DNA of 64,000 nt from an uncultured Eudoraea sp. (GTDB taxonomy: Bacteria; Bacteroidota; Bacteroidia; Flavobacteriales; Flavobacteriaceae): contig CAMYJF010000002.1 of NCBI GenBank assembly GCA_947258555.1, forward strand, positions 12,070 through 76,069. The letters are read 5' to 3'. The notes below the pieces were generated by a model. The model did not search any database and was not told where the DNA came from. It saw nothing but the letters and a program-made list of their open reading frames with translations. This document shows, piece after piece, positions 1-10,937 of the stretch. Position numbers and translations under genes: made by a program. Each line of letters starts with the position of its first letter. The first letter of the stretch is position 1.

Positions 1-2
1 TC

Positions 3-410
3 CTGCTCCAGATTATGGGTACCTGGTGTCCTAATTGTCTGGATGAATCAATATTCCTTTCCGGTTATATGAATACTAAGAAATACCCTGATCTGGAGGT
101 GATCGCCTTAGCATTTGAATATGCGCCAACAGAAGAGCGGGCATTTAAAGGAATTAATAGGCTAAAAGATAAATTGGACATACAATATCCGGTGCTCTTG
201 GCGCAGTACGGCACTTCAAATAAGCAAAAGGCAAATGAAAAGCTACCCATGCTCAATCACGTTTTGTCATATCCCACTACTATTTTTATCGATAAAAAAG
301 GGGAAGTAAGAAATATACATACTGGTTTCAATGGCCCTGCAACCGGAGAGAAATTTGAGGAATTCAAGGTAGAATTTGATAGCCTTATTCAAGTGATCAG
401 GACCCAATAA
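3..410 (+). CDS. TlpA/AhpC-like thiol-disulfide oxidoreductase (thioredoxin fold); 5' end cut by the window edge
   Basis: The frame is open from base 3 (LLQIMGTWCPNC...). A WCxxC redox motif is present. The stop is at 408-410 and is followed by a hairpin terminator. Confidence 0.7.
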   Translation: MLQIMGTWCPNCLDESIFLSGYMNTKKYPDLEVIALAFEYAPTEERAFKGINRLKDKLDIQYPVLLAQYGTSNKQKANEKLPMLNHVLSYPTTIFIDKKGEVRNIHTGFNGPATGEKFEEFKVEFDSLIQVIRTQ

Positions 411-443
411 AAAAGGCCTTCTGTTGAGAAGACCTTTTTTTGG
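411..443. terminator. Hairpin with flanking A/T runs between convergent genes (bidirectional intrinsic terminator candidate)
   Basis: aaaaGGCCTTCTgttgAGAAGACCttttttt. The stem is about 10 bp with one mismatch, with an A-run upstream and a T-run downstream. Confidence 0.6.
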
Positions 444-459
444 TGACTAAAATATAGGC

Positions 460-1578
460 TTAAATTATGGTTGATTTACCCAACCATATATTTTCTCGAT
501 TCAGACTGATATGATCTTCTGACATCGCAATATTATTGGCGATAAAATCACCTACTGCTTCCGTTCCGAATTCTGAATCTGCATTTAGATCTTCTGTGAC
601 GATATCTTTTTTCATAGCCTTAAGAACAGCAAGGACCACCGCCCTTGATTCTTCATCCAGACTAAAATGATCAAGGAGCATAGCTGCCGATAAAATGGCG
701 GCAATAGGATTGGCAATGTCTTTTCCGGTGGCCTGAGGATATGATCCGTGAATGGGTTCAAACAGGGCATTGTCATTTCCTACAGAAGCAGAGGGCAGTA
801 GCCCGATAGATCCCCCGATGACACTTCCCTCATCAGAAAGAATATCTCCAAACATGTTTTCGGTCAGGATGACATCAAACTGACTTGGGTTAAGAATAAG
901 CTGCATGGCGGCATTGTCTACAAAGAGGAAGGATAACTCCACATCCGGATAGCTTTCACCGATCTTGGTGACTACGCGTCGCCATAGCCTGGAAGATTCC
1001 AGTACATTGGCCTTGTCTACCAGGGTTATTTTTTTCCTGCGGTTTTTTGCGGCTTTAAAAGCCAGGTGAGCGATTCTGCTGATCTCCGCTTCTGAATAAA
1101 TACAGAGGTCAGACGCTTGGGTGCCATCTTCACTCAGCATCTTCTCACCGAAGTAGATCCCGCCGGTCAGCTCCCGATAGATCACAAAATCGGTCCCTCT
1201 TATTATTTTCTTTTTTAAAGGCGAATTCCCAATTAGAGTAGGGAAGACCTTTACCGGTCGAATATTGCTAAACAATCCCAAGCCTTTTCTCAACCTGAGA
1301 AGACCTTGTTCCGGCCTTACTTTTGAATCCGGATTGTTGTCGTATTTCGGATCGCCAATGGCTCCAAAAAGGACAGCATCGGAATTTTTACATAGATCCA
1401 GGGTAGCTTCCGGGAGGGGATCCCCCGTTTGATCGATGGCAGCTGCGCCAACAACTCCTTCGGTATATTCAAATGTGTGGCCAAAATTTTCTGCGATTGC
1501 ATTTAAGCACTTGATGGCTTGATTGGTTACTTCAGGACCAATGCCATCTCCCTTGAGAACGGCGATCTTCAACTTCAT
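460..1578 (-). CDS. leuB: 3-isopropylmalate dehydrogenase
   Basis: N-terminus [17 protein letters not shown] and overall isocitrate/isopropylmalate dehydrogenase signature. The start overlaps the leuA stop as ATGA. Confidence 0.92.
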   Translation of the reverse strand: MKLKIAVLKGDGIGPEVTNQAIKCLNAIAENFGHTFEYTEGVVGAAAIDQTGDPLPEATLDLCKNSDAVLFGAIGDPKYDNNPDSKVRPEQGLLRLRKGLGLFSNIRPVKVFPTLIGNSPLKKKIIRGTDFVIYRELTGGIYFGEKMLSEDGTQASDLCIYSEAEISRIAHLAFKAAKNRRKKITLVDKANVLESSRLWRRVVTKIGESYPDVELSFLFVDNAAMQLILNPSQFDVILTENMFGDILSDEGSVIGGSIGLLPSASVGNDNALFEPIHGSYPQATGKDIANPIAAILSAAMLLDHFSLDEESRAVVLAVLKAMKKDIVTEDLNADSEFGTEAVGDFIANNIAMSEDHISLNRENIWLGKSTII

Positions 1579-2750
1579 TTATACAATACTTCAAGGTTAA
1601 TATTACTTTTTTCTATAATTATATGGATGTCTTCATCCTTAATTTCTTTTTGCTTGTCTGCAAATTGCAGAAAGGTCTCATAGACCTTATCCAACTGAAC
1701 TTTGGTCAATTCATATCCCACTTTTTTGGCACGATAAGCCAGGGCAGCCCGTCCGCTTCTTGCAGTAAGCACAATAGAAGATTCGGATACGCCCACATCT
1801 TCAGGATTAATGATCTCATAAGTTTCCCGTTTTTTAATAACCCCATCCTGGTGGATGCCTGAGCTATGGGCAAATGCATTCGCGCCCACAATGGCCTTGT
1901 TAGGTTGTACCGGCATACCCATTTTCTGTGAGACCATCTGACTGGTGTCTAATAATAGTTTGCTGTTTATGTTGGTGTCTAATTTTAAATAAGGGTGTTG
2001 GCGGAGGATCATGACAACTTCTTCGAGCGAAGTATTGCCAGCCCTCTCTCCTATGCCATTGATCGTACATTCTATTTGCCTGGCTCCATTAATAACCCCT
2101 GAAATAGAATTCGCAGTGGCTAATCCAAGGTCGTTATGGCAGTGGCAGGAAAGAATGGCCTTATCAATTCCCTTCACATTTTCTTTGAGATATTTCATCT
2201 TGGCGCCGTATTCCTCAGGGAGGCAATAGCCGGTTGTATCCGGAATGTTAAGCACTGTTGCGCCCGCTTTTATTACTGCTTCGCACACCCGAGCCAGGTA
2301 TTCATTTTCTGTTCTTCCCGCATCTTCCGCATAGAATTCTACGTCTTCAACAAATTTCTTGGCGTAAGAAACTGCATCTACCGCGCGTTCCAGGATTCGG
2401 TCACGATCAGAATTGAATTTAAATTTAATATGTGAGTCTGAAGTGCCTATCCCGGTATGGATCCTCGGTTTTCTTGCAGGCTTTAATGCCTCGGCCGCCA
2501 CTTCAATATCCTTTCTTACAGAACGAGTAAGACCACAAACTGTAGCATTCTTTACAATGCCGGCGATCTCGCTTACTGATTTGAAATCACCCGGACTGGA
2601 AATGGGAAAGCCGGCCTCAATGACATCAACCCCCAATTCATCGAGGCGTTGCGCAATGACCAGCTTTTGTTTTGTATCCAGTTTGCATCCGGGAACTTGC
2701 TCCCCGTCACGCAAGGTGGTATCAAAAATTTGTACCTTATCTTTACTCAT
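1575..2750 (-). CDS. leuA: 2-isopropylmalate synthase, short form (HMGL-like catalytic domain; no C-terminal LeuA regulatory domain visible)
   Basis: [11 protein letters not shown] and [12 protein letters not shown] motifs. It is 391 aa and translationally coupled to leuB. Confidence 0.85.
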   Translation of the reverse strand: MSKDKVQIFDTTLRDGEQVPGCKLDTKQKLVIAQRLDELGVDVIEAGFPISSPGDFKSVSEIAGIVKNATVCGLTRSVRKDIEVAAEALKPARKPRIHTGIGTSDSHIKFKFNSDRDRILERAVDAVSYAKKFVEDVEFYAEDAGRTENEYLARVCEAVIKAGATVLNIPDTTGYCLPEEYGAKMKYLKENVKGIDKAILSCHCHNDLGLATANSISGVINGARQIECTINGIGERAGNTSLEEVVMILRQHPYLKLDTNINSKLLLDTSQMVSQKMGMPVQPNKAIVGANAFAHSSGIHQDGVIKKRETYEIINPEDVGVSESSIVLTARSGRAALAYRAKKVGYELTKVQLDKVYETFLQFADKQKEIKDEDIHIIIEKSNINLEVLYK

Positions 2751-2896
2751 TATATTTACCTAATTTAGTCACCTGTGCGAAGATATATTCTGACTTCTCA
2801 GTCCCCAGCTCTTACAAGTACGTAATTACAACGTTAATATGGAAATCAGATATCATAATTTATTGAATAGTAGCACTTTAACTTGAACTTATTACG

Positions 2897-4441
2897 ATGA
2901 CAACTGCGAGTAAAGATAGTTTGTTCGTTCTTGTAAAATCGCTTTCTAAATCAGAAAAGCGACAGTTCAAGTTGTATGTGGGCCGATTAGGGGTAAATAC
3001 CGATGCGAAATTCCTGGCTCTGTTCAACCTGATGGACAAGATGAAATCCTATGATGAAACCATCATTTTGGATAGTGGCATCGTGAAGAAATCACAACTC
3101 TCCAATTTAAAAGCACATTTATACAGGCAGATCCTGGTAAGCCTGCGATTGAATCCGGTCAACCAGAATATTCGGGTTCAAATACGGGAGCAACTGGATT
3201 TTGCTACAATACTCTATCAAAAAGGACTGTATAAACAGAGCCTGAAGATTCTCGATAAGGCTAAAGGCATTGCTATAGAAAACGAAGAAAAGAACATTGC
3301 CTATGAGATTGTAGAACTTGAGAAACTAATTGAAACACAATATATTACACGAAGTATCCCTGATCGGGCGGATGAACTTGAAAAGCAATCCAGGGAGTTA
3401 ACCCGACTCAATTCTGTAACCTCTAAACTTTCCAATCTGTCGCTTCAGCTCTATGGTATGATGTTGAAAGTAGGCTATGTTAGAAATGATGAAGACTATA
3501 AAAAGGTCTCTTCTTATTTCGAAGAAAATATGCCGATTTATGCCATCGAGGAATTTGGTTTTCGTGAAAAATTGTGGCTCTATAAGGCTCATTTGTGGTA
3601 CAGCTTTTTAATTCAGGACTTCCTGTCTTGCTATAAATACGCTAGCAAGTGGGTAGATCTTTTCTATGATAACCCAAAAATGATCAGACTCAATCCGGTT
3701 TTCTTCCTAAAAGGAAATAATTATTTGATGGAGTCCCTGTTTTTTGTCAGATATGCTACTCAATTCAGGCAAACCCTGGAAAACCTTGAGAATAAGGTAA
3801 ATCAGAAGGATTTTCCCAAAAATGACAATGTAACTTCTCTTGCCTTCTTGTACATACATTTGAATAAACTGAACCTTCATTTCCTGGAAGGCACATTTAA
3901 GAAGGGATTAAACCTGGTTCCCATTATCGAATATGGAATAAACAAACACAGGGCTCGAATAGATGAACATCATGTTATGGTCTTCTATTATAAGATCGCC
4001 TGTCTGTATTTTGGCACAGGGGATAATAAGAATTGTATTCAGTATTTAAAACGTATCATAGAGAATAAGAACCTCAAGATGCGGGAAGACTTAATGTGTT
4101 TTGCCAGGGTTTTAAGCCTGGTGGCTCATTATGAAGCCGGCCTTGATTACCATTTGGAAGTGCAACTGAAGAGTACATACAAATTCCTGATAAAAATGAA
4201 CGACTTACATGAAGTTCAGAAAGAAATGATCAAGTTTTTAAGAAAACTTGGACACATTTACCCGGGAGAATTGAGGGCTGAGTTCCAAAAACTATACGAT
4301 GCTTTAAAGCCATTAGAAAACCATCCATATGAGAAAAGGCCTTTCTTATACCTCGATATATTGTCATGGCTTGAAAGTCACCTCCAGAACAAACCGGTGG
4401 CTGAGGTGATAAGGGAAAAGGCGCTGGCGATTACTCGTTAA
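2897..4441 (+). CDS. Conserved hypothetical protein, helical/TPR-like, 514 aa
   Basis: Long uninterrupted ORF with coding-like composition and no recognisable catalytic motif. Confidence 0.7.
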   Translation: MTTASKDSLFVLVKSLSKSEKRQFKLYVGRLGVNTDAKFLALFNLMDKMKSYDETIILDSGIVKKSQLSNLKAHLYRQILVSLRLNPVNQNIRVQIREQLDFATILYQKGLYKQSLKILDKAKGIAIENEEKNIAYEIVELEKLIETQYITRSIPDRADELEKQSRELTRLNSVTSKLSNLSLQLYGMMLKVGYVRNDEDYKKVSSYFEENMPIYAIEEFGFREKLWLYKAHLWYSFLIQDFLSCYKYASKWVDLFYDNPKMIRLNPVFFLKGNNYLMESLFFVRYATQFRQTLENLENKVNQKDFPKNDNVTSLAFLYIHLNKLNLHFLEGTFKKGLNLVPIIEYGINKHRARIDEHHVMVFYYKIACLYFGTGDNKNCIQYLKRIIENKNLKMREDLMCFARVLSLVAHYEAGLDYHLEVQLKSTYKFLIKMNDLHEVQKEMIKFLRKLGHIYPGELRAEFQKLYDALKPLENHPYEKRPFLYLDILSWLESHLQNKPVAEVIREKALAITR

Positions 4442-4955
4442 CGATCCCGGGAGTCTTTGCACTGAATTGATTTACAAGCCCGGAAGAGATGTTCTCAAAT
4501 TTATTTTTTTCAGCCATCTCTTTGACCATAGCAGGATCAAAGTCGCCATTGAAATACAAAATGGATCCATTCAGATTATTATTGGAATAGACGAGTATCT
4601 CTTTGACGCTGTTTCTTCTTTCCCGAATAGACACCACATTTCGTTTTGTTTTTTCGTTCTTCCTGTACACTTCAATAAAAGAGTTACCCGTAAGCGAATT
4701 CATTTGACGATTAAGAAATTGTGTTTGGGCAGTTGTACTGCTGGGAAATTGCATGTATCTCAAGTCTTTAGTAGTGCCTACAAGGGCTTCTAATTCCGGA
4801 GAGATGCCGCTAACCAGGGTAAACATTACCTGGGGAACGCGTAAGGCAAAAACCTCATCATCGTTTTTGTGCGCATTGTAAAAACTATCGATAGAATTGT
4901 AGGTGCTGCAAGATGCTAATAAGACGAGCACACTACATAGAAGTAATTTTTTCAT
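4431..4955 (-). CDS. Lipoprotein, probably DUF4252 family
   Basis: Lipobox-type signal peptide (LLASC). Size and the N-terminal FYNAHKNDDEVFALRVP region resemble DUF4252 proteins of Bacteroidota. Confidence 0.55.
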   Translation of the reverse strand: MKKLLLCSVLVLLASCSTYNSIDSFYNAHKNDDEVFALRVPQVMFTLVSGISPELEALVGTTKDLRYMQFPSSTTAQTQFLNRQMNSLTGNSFIEVYRKNEKTKRNVVSIRERRNSVKEILVYSNNNLNGSILYFNGDFDPAMVKEMAEKNKFENISSGLVNQFSAKTPGIVNE

Positions 4956-5042
4956 AATGATCAGTGTTTAAGTGATTCTGTCGATAAAAGACAAATACCA
5001 TGCCTAAATCCTATTGCAATTTTAGGGAACTAAAAGTACAGA

Positions 5043-5804
5043 TTAAAATCGTAGGCACTGATTCCAAACAGGGTCATCCGGAGGATCAGCAATTAGATTC
5101 ACTACTGAATTTCCGACAGGGTGTTCCAGGCTTAGCTCACGGGCATGCAAATGAATACTACCATTTCTGTTTCCGCGCTTCCCTCCGTATTTCACATCGC
5201 CTTTGATGATAGCGCCTAACGCACCGAGTTGTGCTCTTATTTGATGATGCCTGCCTGTGATCAACTGTATTTCCAGCAGGCTATAATGATCTAATTGACC
5301 GATCGTTCTATAGGTAAGTTCCGCTTTTTTACTACCCGGGATCTCTTTCTCATAGGCGTAGGATTTATTCTGCTGGGGATTTTTCTTTAGCCAATGCACC
5401 AATCGGCCGGAATCTGCCTTAGGTGCTGATTCCACCACAGCCCAATATGTCTTATGAGGTTTTTTTTTGGAGAAGGCCGCATTCAGTCGGGCCAGGGCTT
5501 TTGATGTTCTCGCGAAAAGCACAATCCCGGAAGTAGGCCTGTCTAATCGGTGTACAACTCCCAGGTAAACGGCACCTGGCTTATCATATTTTCTCGCAAT
5601 GTAGGTCTTGACGATCTCACTAAGCGGGATGTCTCCTGTTTTATCACCCTGAACGATATCGCCCGGTCTTTTATTGATGGCAATAAGATGGTTGTCCTCG
5701 TAAAGAACTTCGAGGTTTTCCGATGTAGAACGAATGCCCTTTTTGGGATTTTCAGTATTGTTCTTCCTCACTTGGAAAGTCACGCGATTTAACGTCCGCC
5801 ACAT
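5043..5804 (-). CDS. RluA-family pseudouridine synthase
   Basis: [14 protein letters not shown] catalytic-Asp motif and the [15 protein letters not shown] motif. The start is uncertain: ATG 5804 overlaps panB by 53 nt, and an in-frame GTG at 5771 is an alternative. Confidence 0.85.
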   Translation of the reverse strand: MWRTLNRVTFQVRKNNTENPKKGIRSTSENLEVLYEDNHLIAINKRPGDIVQGDKTGDIPLSEIVKTYIARKYDKPGAVYLGVVHRLDRPTSGIVLFARTSKALARLNAAFSKKKPHKTYWAVVESAPKADSGRLVHWLKKNPQQNKSYAYEKEIPGSKKAELTYRTIGQLDHYSLLEIQLITGRHHQIRAQLGALGAIIKGDVKYGGKRGNRNGSIHLHARELSLEHPVGNSVVNLIADPPDDPVWNQCLRF

Positions 5805-6588
5805 ATTTTGATATGGCCTCGCTCATATCTTCATACAGATTCATGTATCGCCTTAAGAATCTAGGGTTGAATTCATGTGTCATGCCTAACAAATCATGGA
5901 TTACCAAAACTTGCCCGTCTGCATAACCTCCGCCGCCGATGCTGATCGTAGGAATAGACAATTCTTCTGAAACTTTCTTGGTCAATTCTGCCGGGATCTT
6001 TTCAAGGACAATGCCAAAGCAACCCAGCCTTTCCAGGAGTTTGGCATCTTCAATAAGTTTCTCAGCTTCGTCTTTATCCTTAGCGCGGACCGTATACGTA
6101 CCAAATTTGTAAATGGCCTGAGGGGTAAGTCCCAGGTGCCCCATGACAGGGATCCCTGCATTCAGGATGCGTTTAACGGATTCCTTGATCTCAGATCCAC
6201 CTTCAACTTTTACCGCATGAGCCCCGCTTTCTTTCATAATTCGGATGGCCGATCTGAGGGCTTCCTTCGGATCGCTCTGATAGAAACCAAATGGGATATC
6301 TACAACAACCAAAGCCCTTGTTACTGCACGGATCACAGAGCTCGCATGATAGATCATCTGATCTAGGGTAATGGGCAGGGTAGTTTCATGTCCTGCCATC
6401 ACATTACTGGCACTATCGCCAACAAGGATGACATCAACATTAGCGCCGTCTACGATCTTGGCCATTGAATAATCATAGGCCGTGAGCATTGATATTTTTT
6501 CACCTTGTTGCTTCATGTCAACCAAGGACTTAACGGTTACCCTTTTATATTCTTTTTTTGCAGTAGACATTCCCATTTTATTAGGCAA
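5752..6588 (-). CDS. panB: 3-methyl-2-oxobutanoate hydroxymethyltransferase
   Basis: MLTAYDY, VGDS and KVEGG motifs typical of PanB. The true start may be one of the nearby in-frame ATGs (6576 or 6570). Confidence 0.9.
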   Translation of the reverse strand: MPNKMGMSTAKKEYKRVTVKSLVDMKQQGEKISMLTAYDYSMAKIVDGANVDVILVGDSASNVMAGHETTLPITLDQMIYHASSVIRAVTRALVVVDIPFGFYQSDPKEALRSAIRIMKESGAHAVKVEGGSEIKESVKRILNAGIPVMGHLGLTPQAIYKFGTYTVRAKDKDEAEKLIEDAKLLERLGCFGIVLEKIPAELTKKVSEELSIPTISIGGGGYADGQVLVIHDLLGMTHEFNPRFLRRYMNLYEDMSEAISKYVADVKSRDFPSEEEQY

Positions 6589-6660
6589 TAAATGTAAGGA
6601 GATTTGCGGAATAGTAGGTTGGGAGAAGATTGCATAAATTTATACTATCAAAATTCACTT

Positions 6661-7113
6661 ATGAAAATCAAGATCCTCAGCCTTTTCCTGTTGTGTTGTA
6701 CTATGGGTATTTCCCAGGGGGAAGAAGAAAATGTCAAGCAAGCAATTGTCACCTTTTTTGAAGGATTTCACGCCCAGGATTCAGTAAAGATCAAAAGTGT
6801 TGTGGCAGAGGGCATGATCATGCAAACCATGGGCCGGGATAAAGAAGGCAATACAAGGCTCAGAGAAGTTGAATTTTCAAAATTTCTCAAAAGTATCGTC
6901 AGCATTCCGGATTCCATTTCCTTTAAAGAGGTTATCACAAAGTACACGATTAAGGTAGATGGACCTATGGCCAATGCCTGGACCGATTATCAATTCTGGT
7001 TGCGTGAAGAGATGAGTCATTGCGGGGTAAATTCCTTTCAGCTTATGAACCAGAAGGGGGAGTGGCGGATAATCTACCTCATAGACACACGCCGTAAAGA
7101 CAACTGCCAATAA
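6661..7113 (+). CDS. Secreted NTF2/SnoaL-like fold protein (hypothetical)
   Basis: The signal peptide starts at the internal ATG 6661 (MKIKILSLFLLCC). Size and pattern are NTF2-like. The ORF-track start at 6604 lacks a signal peptide and is probably too far upstream. Confidence 0.5.
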   Translation: MKIKILSLFLLCCTMGISQGEEENVKQAIVTFFEGFHAQDSVKIKSVVAEGMIMQTMGRDKEGNTRLREVEFSKFLKSIVSIPDSISFKEVITKYTIKVDGPMANAWTDYQFWLREEMSHCGVNSFQLMNQKGEWRIIYLIDTRRKDNCQ

Positions 7114-7163
7114 GATTTTGCCGCAGTTGAGCTAGCCAATATTTCTTTTTTACTTATGAAATA

Positions 7164-7178
7164 ATGACATCATGTCAT
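7164..7178. promoter_or_regulatory. 15-bp perfect palindrome ATGACAT-C-ATGTCAT upstream of dnaK (candidate operator)
   Basis: Read directly from the sequence. It lies about 80 nt upstream of the dnaK ATG. A TAtgTTTG element matching the Bacteroidota -7 consensus TAnnTTTG follows at 7196-7203. Confidence 0.25.
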
Positions 7179-7257
7179 GTTCTGCCTGTTGGCATTATGT
7201 TTGTCATTATCATTTGCAGTTAAATAAAGCAAATACGAATTACGTAAAACATATAAT

Positions 7258-9162
7258 ATGAGTAAGATAATTGGAATTGATTTGGGTACTACTAACTCCT
7301 GCGTTTCTGTAATGGAAGGAAATGAGCCTGTTGTAATCCCAAATGCAGAAGGTAAAAGGACTACTCCTTCTGTTATTGCTTTCGTAGAAGGAGGCGAGAT
7401 CAAGGTAGGAGATCCGGCAAAACGCCAGGCGGTTACCAACCCGGAGAAAACAGTTTATTCTATAAAGCGGTTTATGGGCAACAAGTTTTCCGAATCCAAA
7501 AAAGAAGCAGACAGGGTACCTTATAAGGTTGTCAAAGGAGATAATAATACACCCAGGGTAGATATAGACGGTCGTTTATATACGCCTCAGGAATTATCTG
7601 CCATGATCCTGCAAAAAATGAAAAAAACAGCGGAGGATTACCTCGGTCAGTCGGTTACTTCAGCTGTAATTACCGTACCGGCCTATTTTAACGATTCTCA
7701 GCGTCAGGCTACAAAAGAAGCCGGCGAGATCGCAGGTCTGAAGGTAGAACGAATTATCAATGAGCCTACTGCGGCCTCTTTGGCATATGGCTTGGATAAA
7801 AAACATATCGACCAGAAGATCGTGGTATTCGACTTTGGGGGAGGTACACATGATGTATCGATCCTGGAATTGGGTGACGGCGTCTTTGAAGTACTTGCTA
7901 CCGATGGGGATACACACCTGGGCGGGGATGATGTAGATCAAAAGATCATTGATTGGTTGGCCGATGAGTTTAAGAAAGATGAAGGCATGGATCTGAGAGA
8001 AGATGCCATGGCGCTTCAACGATTAAGAGAAGCAGCGGAGAAGGCTAAAATAGAATTGTCATCGTCTACGCAAACGGAGATCAACCTTCCATATGTGACT
8101 GCGACTGCCTCAGGACCCAAGCACTTGGTGCGGACATTAACGCGTTCCACTTTTGAGAAACTGATAGCCGACCTTGTCAAGCGTACAATTGAACCTTGCA
8201 GCACAGCATTAAAGGGTGCAGGGCTTTCTAAAAGCGATATAGATGAAATCATTTTGGTAGGGGGTTCAACCCGTATTCCAGCAGTACAGGAAGCCGTGGA
8301 GAAATTTTTCGGCAAGAAACCTTCCAAAGGAGTAAATCCGGATGAAGTTGTAGCTGTTGGTGCCGCTATCCAAGGTGGTGTATTGACAGGCGATGTGAAA
8401 GATGTATTGCTTCTGGATGTGACGCCGCTTTCCCTGGGTATTGAAACCATGGGTAGTGTTATGACCAAACTTATAGATGCCAATACGACGATCCCCACAA
8501 AGAAATCACAGATCTTTTCGACGGCTGCAGACAATCAACCGTCAGTAGAGATCCATGTATTACAAGGGGAGCGTTCCATGGCTGCTGATAACAAAACTAT
8601 CGGTAGATTCCATTTAGATGGGATCCCACCTGCGCCAAGGGGCACACCACAGATCGAGGTAACCTTTGATATTGATGCGAATGGTATCATTCATGTAACG
8701 GCGACAGACAAAGCCACGAACAAGACTCAGGATATCAGAATAGAAGCTTCTTCAGGTCTTACCGATGAAGAGATCGCAAAGATGAAAGCGGAAGCTGAAG
8801 CAAATGCAGATGCGGATAAGGCTGCACGTGAGAAGGCAGATAAGCTCAATGAAGCTGATGGGATGATCTTCCAGACAGAAAAGCAGTTGAATGAATTCGG
8901 GGATAAATTATCCGAAGACAAGAAAAAGCCGATAGAAGATGCCCTGGAAGAACTTAAGAAGGCCTATGAGACTAAAGATCTCGATGTGATCCAGCCCGCA
9001 TTGGATGCGATCAATGAAGCCTGGAAAGTGGCTTCCGAAGAAATGTATAAAGCACAGGCCGAAGCCCAACAGAATGGTGCAGAAGGCGATGCTCAGGATA
9101 CTACTGAAGATAGTGGTTCAGGTGACAATGTAGAAGATGTAGATTTCGAGGAAGTTAAATAA
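7258..9162 (+). CDS. dnaK: Molecular chaperone DnaK (Hsp70)
   Basis: [18 protein letters not shown]-like ([10 protein letters not shown]) and VGGSTRIP motifs; 634 aa. Confidence 0.98.
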   Translation: MSKIIGIDLGTTNSCVSVMEGNEPVVIPNAEGKRTTPSVIAFVEGGEIKVGDPAKRQAVTNPEKTVYSIKRFMGNKFSESKKEADRVPYKVVKGDNNTPRVDIDGRLYTPQELSAMILQKMKKTAEDYLGQSVTSAVITVPAYFNDSQRQATKEAGEIAGLKVERIINEPTAASLAYGLDKKHIDQKIVVFDFGGGTHDVSILELGDGVFEVLATDGDTHLGGDDVDQKIIDWLADEFKKDEGMDLREDAMALQRLREAAEKAKIELSSSTQTEINLPYVTATASGPKHLVRTLTRSTFEKLIADLVKRTIEPCSTALKGAGLSKSDIDEIILVGGSTRIPAVQEAVEKFFGKKPSKGVNPDEVVAVGAAIQGGVLTGDVKDVLLLDVTPLSLGIETMGSVMTKLIDANTTIPTKKSQIFSTAADNQPSVEIHVLQGERSMAADNKTIGRFHLDGIPPAPRGTPQIEVTFDIDANGIIHVTATDKATNKTQDIRIEASSGLTDEEIAKMKAEAEANADADKAAREKADKLNEADGMIFQTEKQLNEFGDKLSEDKKKPIEDALEELKKAYETKDLDVIQPALDAINEAWKVASEEMYKAQAEAQQNGAEGDAQDTTEDSGSGDNVEDVDFEEVK

Positions 9163-9184
9163 TTTTTTCGAGCATACAAGAAGC

Positions 9185-9214
9185 AAAGGGGGGTGGTACG
9201 TACTACCCCCCTTT
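9185..9214 (+). terminator. Intrinsic terminator candidate after dnaK
   Basis: AAAGGGGGGTGGTAC/GTACTACCCCCCTTT near-perfect palindrome about 20 nt after the stop. Confidence 0.6.
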
Positions 9215-9261
9215 GGCATATAATTTGTTTTGATTGCCGTAAATAGATGTAATTTTGTACT

Positions 9262-10215
9262 ATGAAGAGTATTAAACCCAAATCAATTCCTCTCTTACTA
9301 GCAGCTGTACTTTTTAGCTTGAGTACTATCTATGCCCAGGCTCCACAAATTTTTACGGTTGAAGATTTTGAACTAAAAGGTCCGGTTAAAAGCTGTACAG
9401 TCATTACAAGTTATGGCCAGGAAGAGTTTAGTTTTGACAAACAAGGTCGACTAGTAAAATTAAAAACACTTCACAGTACCACCGATTATGATATTACCTA
9501 CTATAAATATGAAGGTGATTTCATTAAGGAAAGACGTAATGAGGTCTACCGGGATAAGGAATTTGACCGTGGAACATCTATGGCACACATCTATACCTTG
9601 GATACGTCTTCGACCAAACAAATAACCGAGAGTATTATCTCTTACGCCAAAATATCCCTTGCCCAATACGACTATATATATAATGATCAGGATTTGCTTG
9701 TCAAAATAATCCGCACAGACAATAGCGGAGTGGATGAAACACGAATAGAGCGCGACACTACTGACGGGAAGATCACAGAACAATATTATCTAAATGATCA
9801 ACTTGTAAAAATTCAGTCGGACTGGACCGATATTGAAGATGGCAGGACACTCTCTAAACGTATGACAGTGACCATGGACCGGGATAAGCCACAATACAGA
9901 CATACTATCTCACGCGACACTACAGGCAACATTGTTAAGAATACGGAATGGAGCGAACTAAGCGGGGTGGATAAGAAGGGGCGAACCGTGTCTTACAAAC
10001 AATTTACAGTGGATGAAAATGAATATGATGAGAATGGGATGCTGCTGAAAAGGATAAGAAAAAAAGGGAATGCCACAGAGGAAGACACATTTATTCATCA
10101 ACTTGATGGCTCTGAATATGGCAATTGGGTAAAACAGGTGGTCACTCCAGATAACACCTATATTACCAGAAAGATCAGCTACTATCCGAAAACTGATCCA
10201 GGTTCTAAGGAATAG
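9262..10215 (+). CDS. Secreted hypothetical protein, 317 aa
   Basis: Signal peptide (LLLAAVLFSLSTIYAQA), long ORF, no recognised motif. Confidence 0.65.
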   Translation: MKSIKPKSIPLLLAAVLFSLSTIYAQAPQIFTVEDFELKGPVKSCTVITSYGQEEFSFDKQGRLVKLKTLHSTTDYDITYYKYEGDFIKERRNEVYRDKEFDRGTSMAHIYTLDTSSTKQITESIISYAKISLAQYDYIYNDQDLLVKIIRTDNSGVDETRIERDTTDGKITEQYYLNDQLVKIQSDWTDIEDGRTLSKRMTVTMDRDKPQYRHTISRDTTGNIVKNTEWSELSGVDKKGRTVSYKQFTVDENEYDENGMLLKRIRKKGNATEEDTFIHQLDGSEYGNWVKQVVTPDNTYITRKISYYPKTDPGSKE

Positions 10216-10227
10216 AAAAACTGCTTA

Positions 10228-10878
10228 CTATATAAATTGGTTTAGCACTTCCGGGCGTATTTCATGTCCGCCTTCAAAACCAACGCGTTTTACCTGTCCC
10301 CCAAAAAGATGCTCAATTTTTTTCTCTTCAGCCACCATACGTTCCACAGTTAGAAAGGCATCTTGTTTTCCAAATACCAGAGATATTTCAGTATCGGGCA
10401 TAAGGAAAGCAGTGTCTTCCGGTTTTAATTCATTAGGGATCCCTCCTGCATACAATATGAGTTTGTCGCATTTTAAACGGGAATGACACACCCAGCGCAA
10501 CGCAACGGAAACACCCTGCGAGAACCCTAGTACATTAACTTGGTAATTATTAATAGGTGACTCTTGTTCCAAAATCTGATCCAGGTAATTCAGGACATTT
10601 TTGAGTTCAGATATGGTATTCTCTTTGGTGAGCCAACTCGCACCCACATGGGTATACGTGTCATTTAGATAGTACTTTGAAGGGGCCTGTGGCGCGATTA
10701 CATAGTTTTCTTTTGCAGGCAACGCTTTAAAGTATTTCAAGAAATACCTGCTCAGGTAACCGATTCCATGAAATACGATCCAGACAGTTTTTGTTTCTGG
10801 CCCAAGGCTGTTTAGGGTGCTATAAGTACTACATGCCTGATATACCACCACATTCTCCTTGATGTCGACTTCTTTCAT
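10228..10878 (-). CDS. Alpha/beta hydrolase (phospholipase/carboxylesterase-like)
   Basis: GFSQG nucleophile elbow; about 216 aa, typical of small esterases. It is divergent from the men genes. Confidence 0.7.
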   Translation of the reverse strand: MKEVDIKENVVVYQACSTYSTLNSLGPETKTVWIVFHGIGYLSRYFLKYFKALPAKENYVIAPQAPSKYYLNDTYTHVGASWLTKENTISELKNVLNYLDQILEQESPINNYQVNVLGFSQGVSVALRWVCHSRLKCDKLILYAGGIPNELKPEDTAFLMPDTEISLVFGKQDAFLTVERMVAEEKKIEHLFGGQVKRVGFEGGHEIRPEVLNQFI

Positions 10879-10937
10879 GTCACGAATTTATATTCAAATT
10901 GCACAAATCACATGTAAATAGGCGTATTTTTGGCAAA

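Noticed and set aside
2751-2896. Leucine leader peptide or attenuator upstream of leuA
   Set aside because: The only small ORF (MISDFHINVVITYL) is not Leu-rich, and no alternative hairpin pair was evident.
8016-8534. 172-aa ORF antisense to dnaK, and the 119-aa ORF at 7660..8019
   Set aside because: Both lie entirely within the highly conserved dnaK CDS on the opposite strand, with low-complexity Ser/Thr/Ala-rich translations. They are typical shadow ORFs.
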